DNA of 64,000 bases from an uncultured candidate division Zixibacteria bacterium. GTDB lineage: Bacteria > Zixibacteria > MSB-5A5 > GN15 > PGXB01. Shown piece by piece: positions 61,890-64,000 of this stretch. Below the pieces are notes generated by a model that made no database searches, was not told the origin of the DNA, and was given only the letters and a program-made list of their open reading frames with translations. The DNA is taken from positions 224,001 through 288,000 of the forward strand of contig OY969724.1 of NCBI GenBank assembly GCA_963702205.1, written 5' to 3'. A program made the translations under genes and the position numbers. The stretch's first letter is position 1. The number at the start of each line of letters is the position of its first letter.

Positions 61890-63197
61890 ATGACATTTTT
61901 GATGCATATACCCGCGATATTGTCCTGCCTGCTGCTTTCGGCCCATTTCATGCGCGGAGGAAATTACGGCCTGATGATGGTATTCGCACTGCTGCCGTTT
62001 ATGATGATCTCCAAACGCCGCTGGGTGGCGATGGTCGTGCCGGTGTTGTTATTTGCCGGCGTCATGATCTGGGGCGAAACCATCGTGCAGATTGCCGCCG
62101 TACGTACTCGTTTGGATCAGGACTGGATGCGCATGGCTGTTATACTGGGCGGTGTGGCTGCATTTACCGCTGGATCGGCCCTGTTGTTTTTCACGAAAAG
62201 ATTAAAAGCACGGTACAATCGATATACTGAGACGGCGGTGGAGTCGGCGGTAGGGTTCATCGCGACCGGTCTGCTGTTGATTTTCGTGCAGATCAAAGTC
62301 CCCCTGACCATGCTCTTGGCGGAACGGTTTTGGCCGACGGCGGGCTGGATGGAAATTTTCGTGCTGGCGATCTACGCCGCTTTTATCGTCGAAAAAATGT
62401 TGGATAAAGCCAAAACGGCGCGCTGGCGCAAGAGAATCTGGTTGTTGTTTTCCTCGGTATTTTTCGCACAACTGATATTCGGTTTGCTCGGCTTCGATAA
62501 GTTCCTCATGACCGGGCGGCTGCATCTTCCCGTCCCGGCCATGATTCTGGCCGGACCGATTTTCCGGGGAGATCATTTCTTCATGCCGATCCTGTTCGTC
62601 TCGACCGTGCTACTGGTCGGACCGGCCTGGTGCAGTCATTTGTGCTATATCGGGGCTTGGGACAACGCCGCCGCGCATACCAAGCGTAAGCCGCAAAAGC
62701 TCCCCGGCTGGACGTCGCCCGCCCGGTGGATCATACTAGTCCTGATAATTGCAGCCGCCGTTGTGCTGCGCTGGGCCGGGGTATCATCGATTGCTGCAAC
62801 CGTAATCGGTCTAGTGTTCGGGCTGGGCGGCGTGGCGGTTATACTGTTCTGGTCGCGAAGAAAAGGCGTTATGGCCCACTGCACGGTATACTGTCCGATC
62901 GGTCCGGTTGCCAACTGGCTTGGGAGGATCTCGCCGTTTCGGGTGCAGATCAACGACTCCTGTACCGACTGCGGGATTTGCCGCCTGTCGTGCAAGTACA
63001 ACGCCCTGAATCTGACCGATATAAAAAAGCGTCGACCGGCGTCGAGTTGTACATTGTGCGGTGACTGTATCGGTGTCTGTGAGCATGGCTCGCTGGAGTA
63101 CCGGTTTTTCAAGCTCAAGAATTTCACCGCCCGGGCAGTGTTTATCGTGACCGTTGTCTCTCTCCACGCCACCTGCCTCGGTCTGGCGCGGATATAA
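61890..63197 (+). CDS. Membrane 4Fe-4S protein (NapH/YccM-like)
   Basis: Multiple TMs, WCSHLC, CTVYCP, two CxxCxxC motifs. Confidence 0.85.
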   Translation: MTFLMHIPAILSCLLLSAHFMRGGNYGLMMVFALLPFMMISKRRWVAMVVPVLLFAGVMIWGETIVQIAAVRTRLDQDWMRMAVILGGVAAFTAGSALLFFTKRLKARYNRYTETAVESAVGFIATGLLLIFVQIKVPLTMLLAERFWPTAGWMEIFVLAIYAAFIVEKMLDKAKTARWRKRIWLLFSSVFFAQLIFGLLGFDKFLMTGRLHLPVPAMILAGPIFRGDHFFMPILFVSTVLLVGPAWCSHLCYIGAWDNAAAHTKRKPQKLPGWTSPARWIILVLIIAAAVVLRWAGVSSIAATVIGLVFGLGGVAVILFWSRRKGVMAHCTVYCPIGPVANWLGRISPFRVQINDSCTDCGICRLSCKYNALNLTDIKKRRPASSCTLCGDCIGVCEHGSLEYRFFKLKNFTARAVFIVTVVSLHATCLGLARI

Positions 63198-63199
63198 GA

Positions 63200-63425
63200 A
63201 AACCGTCGGGTGACAATCCCGATTACATCGGGATCAACACCCGACGGAACGCCGAGCATTATTTCAATAAGATGATGTTCCGTCAGGTTCTGCACGAACG
63301 AGTGTGACCTGAAGGTTTTGCTAAAATAAAATGTTCCGTCAGGTCCTGCGCCGTAGGCGTGTGACCTGACGGTTCTGTTTTGTGTCAGGTCTCACCCATA
63401 AGAATGGGCATGACCTGACACAACT
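63200..63425. repeat. Cluster of four REP-like hairpins between convergent genes
   Basis: CCGTCGGGTG...CACCCGACGG and three GTCAGGT...ACCTGA hairpins. Confidence 0.75.
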
Positions 63426-63505
63426 TTAATATCCACGAAATTAAATTTCGACGCACAAAAAAGCGGGCCCGAAGGCCCGTTTATTTATTGTACTATCTGA
63501 AGATA

Positions 63506-64000
63506 TTATCCAACCAGTTTCACAAACTTGTCGATATCGGCCAGAGCCAGGTCGACCGATTCCTGCCAGAAATCCGGTTTAGTCAGATCGGCACCAAGAT
63601 GCTTTGTCGCCAGGTCCTCGCAGTCCATCTGTCCGCTGTCGGCCAGCATCGCCACGTACTTGGGCGAGAACGCCGCACCTTCCGCCTTCGCCCGGCTATA
63701 CACACCGCAGGCGAAGAGGAAACCGAACGTGTACGGGAAGTTATAGAACGGCTGGTTGGTCAGGAAGAAATGCAGCTTCGAAGCCCAGAACAGCGGATGA
63801 TAGGCGTCGTCGCCTTCGAGAATGTCGCCGTAGGCTTTTTTCTGCGCATCGAGCATGATCTGATCGAGGCGGCTGCGGCTGACGATACCCGAGGCGCGTT
63901 CTTTATAAAATTCGCTATCAAAAAGATAGCGGGCGTAGATATTCGGAAACAGGGCAAAAGTCCGCTGCAGACCCTGATCGAGCAATAGCAGTTTTTCTTC
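63506..64000 (-). CDS. M3 oligoendopeptidase (PepF-like), 3' end only
   Basis: WASKLHF...FYNFPYTFG. Confidence 0.85.
   Translation of the reverse strand, partial: EEKLLLLDQGLQRTFALFPNIYARYLFDSEFYKERASGIVSRSRLDQIMLDAQKKAYGDILEGDDAYHPLFWASKLHFFLTNQPFYNFPYTFGFLFACGVYSRAKAEGAAFSPKYVAMLADSGQMDCEDLATKHLGADLTKPDFWQESVDLALADIDKFVKLVG

Noticed and set aside
63270..63425. GTCAGGT..ACCTGA repeats as a CRISPR array
   Set aside because: Variable hairpin interiors, irregular spacing, and copies dispersed elsewhere

Overview
The window has two parts. (1) Positions 1-~23015 are the right arm of a visibly GC-rich prophage-like element that abuts the 3' end of a minus-strand tRNA-Asn(GTT) and runs off the left edge. 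It encodes a DUF2924 + large serine recombinase integration module, a LexA/CI-like repressor operon, its own sigma-70/ECF-type sigma factor, and a recombination-replication module (PD-(D/E)XK nuclease, Sak4-like AAA ATPase, DUF669, ERCC4 nuclease, RecD2-like helicase, primase-helicase). It also carries an iteron-like candidate origin, an XerC-like recombinase with an adjacent dif-like site, and terminase genes. Its non-coding DNA suggests a layered regulatory cascade: an operator palindrome inside a near-consensus sigma70 promoter, two structured RNA leaders, and five copies of a bipartite motif (YCGRCG-N13-TCCGGTAGRTA) that is probably the promoter of the phage sigma factor. (2) Positions ~23100-64000 are host chromosome, probably Zixibacteria-like (inferred from C-terminal dockerin-like tags). 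This part holds hprK, galT, an RRM protein, a pilin, tex, four dockerin-tagged secreted proteins (one broken by IS256 plus a frameshift), proS, ogt, mgtE, a fluoride riboswitch-crcB-DUF190 unit, a frameshifted heavy-metal ATPase, iscA, ubiE, a Crp/Fnr regulator with a probable Fe-S/hemerythrin target operon, and the 3' end of an M3 peptidase. Host intergenic regions are dense in REP-like hairpins, including two MITEs nested inside other repeats. All product calls come from motif recognition by eye, not database searches.
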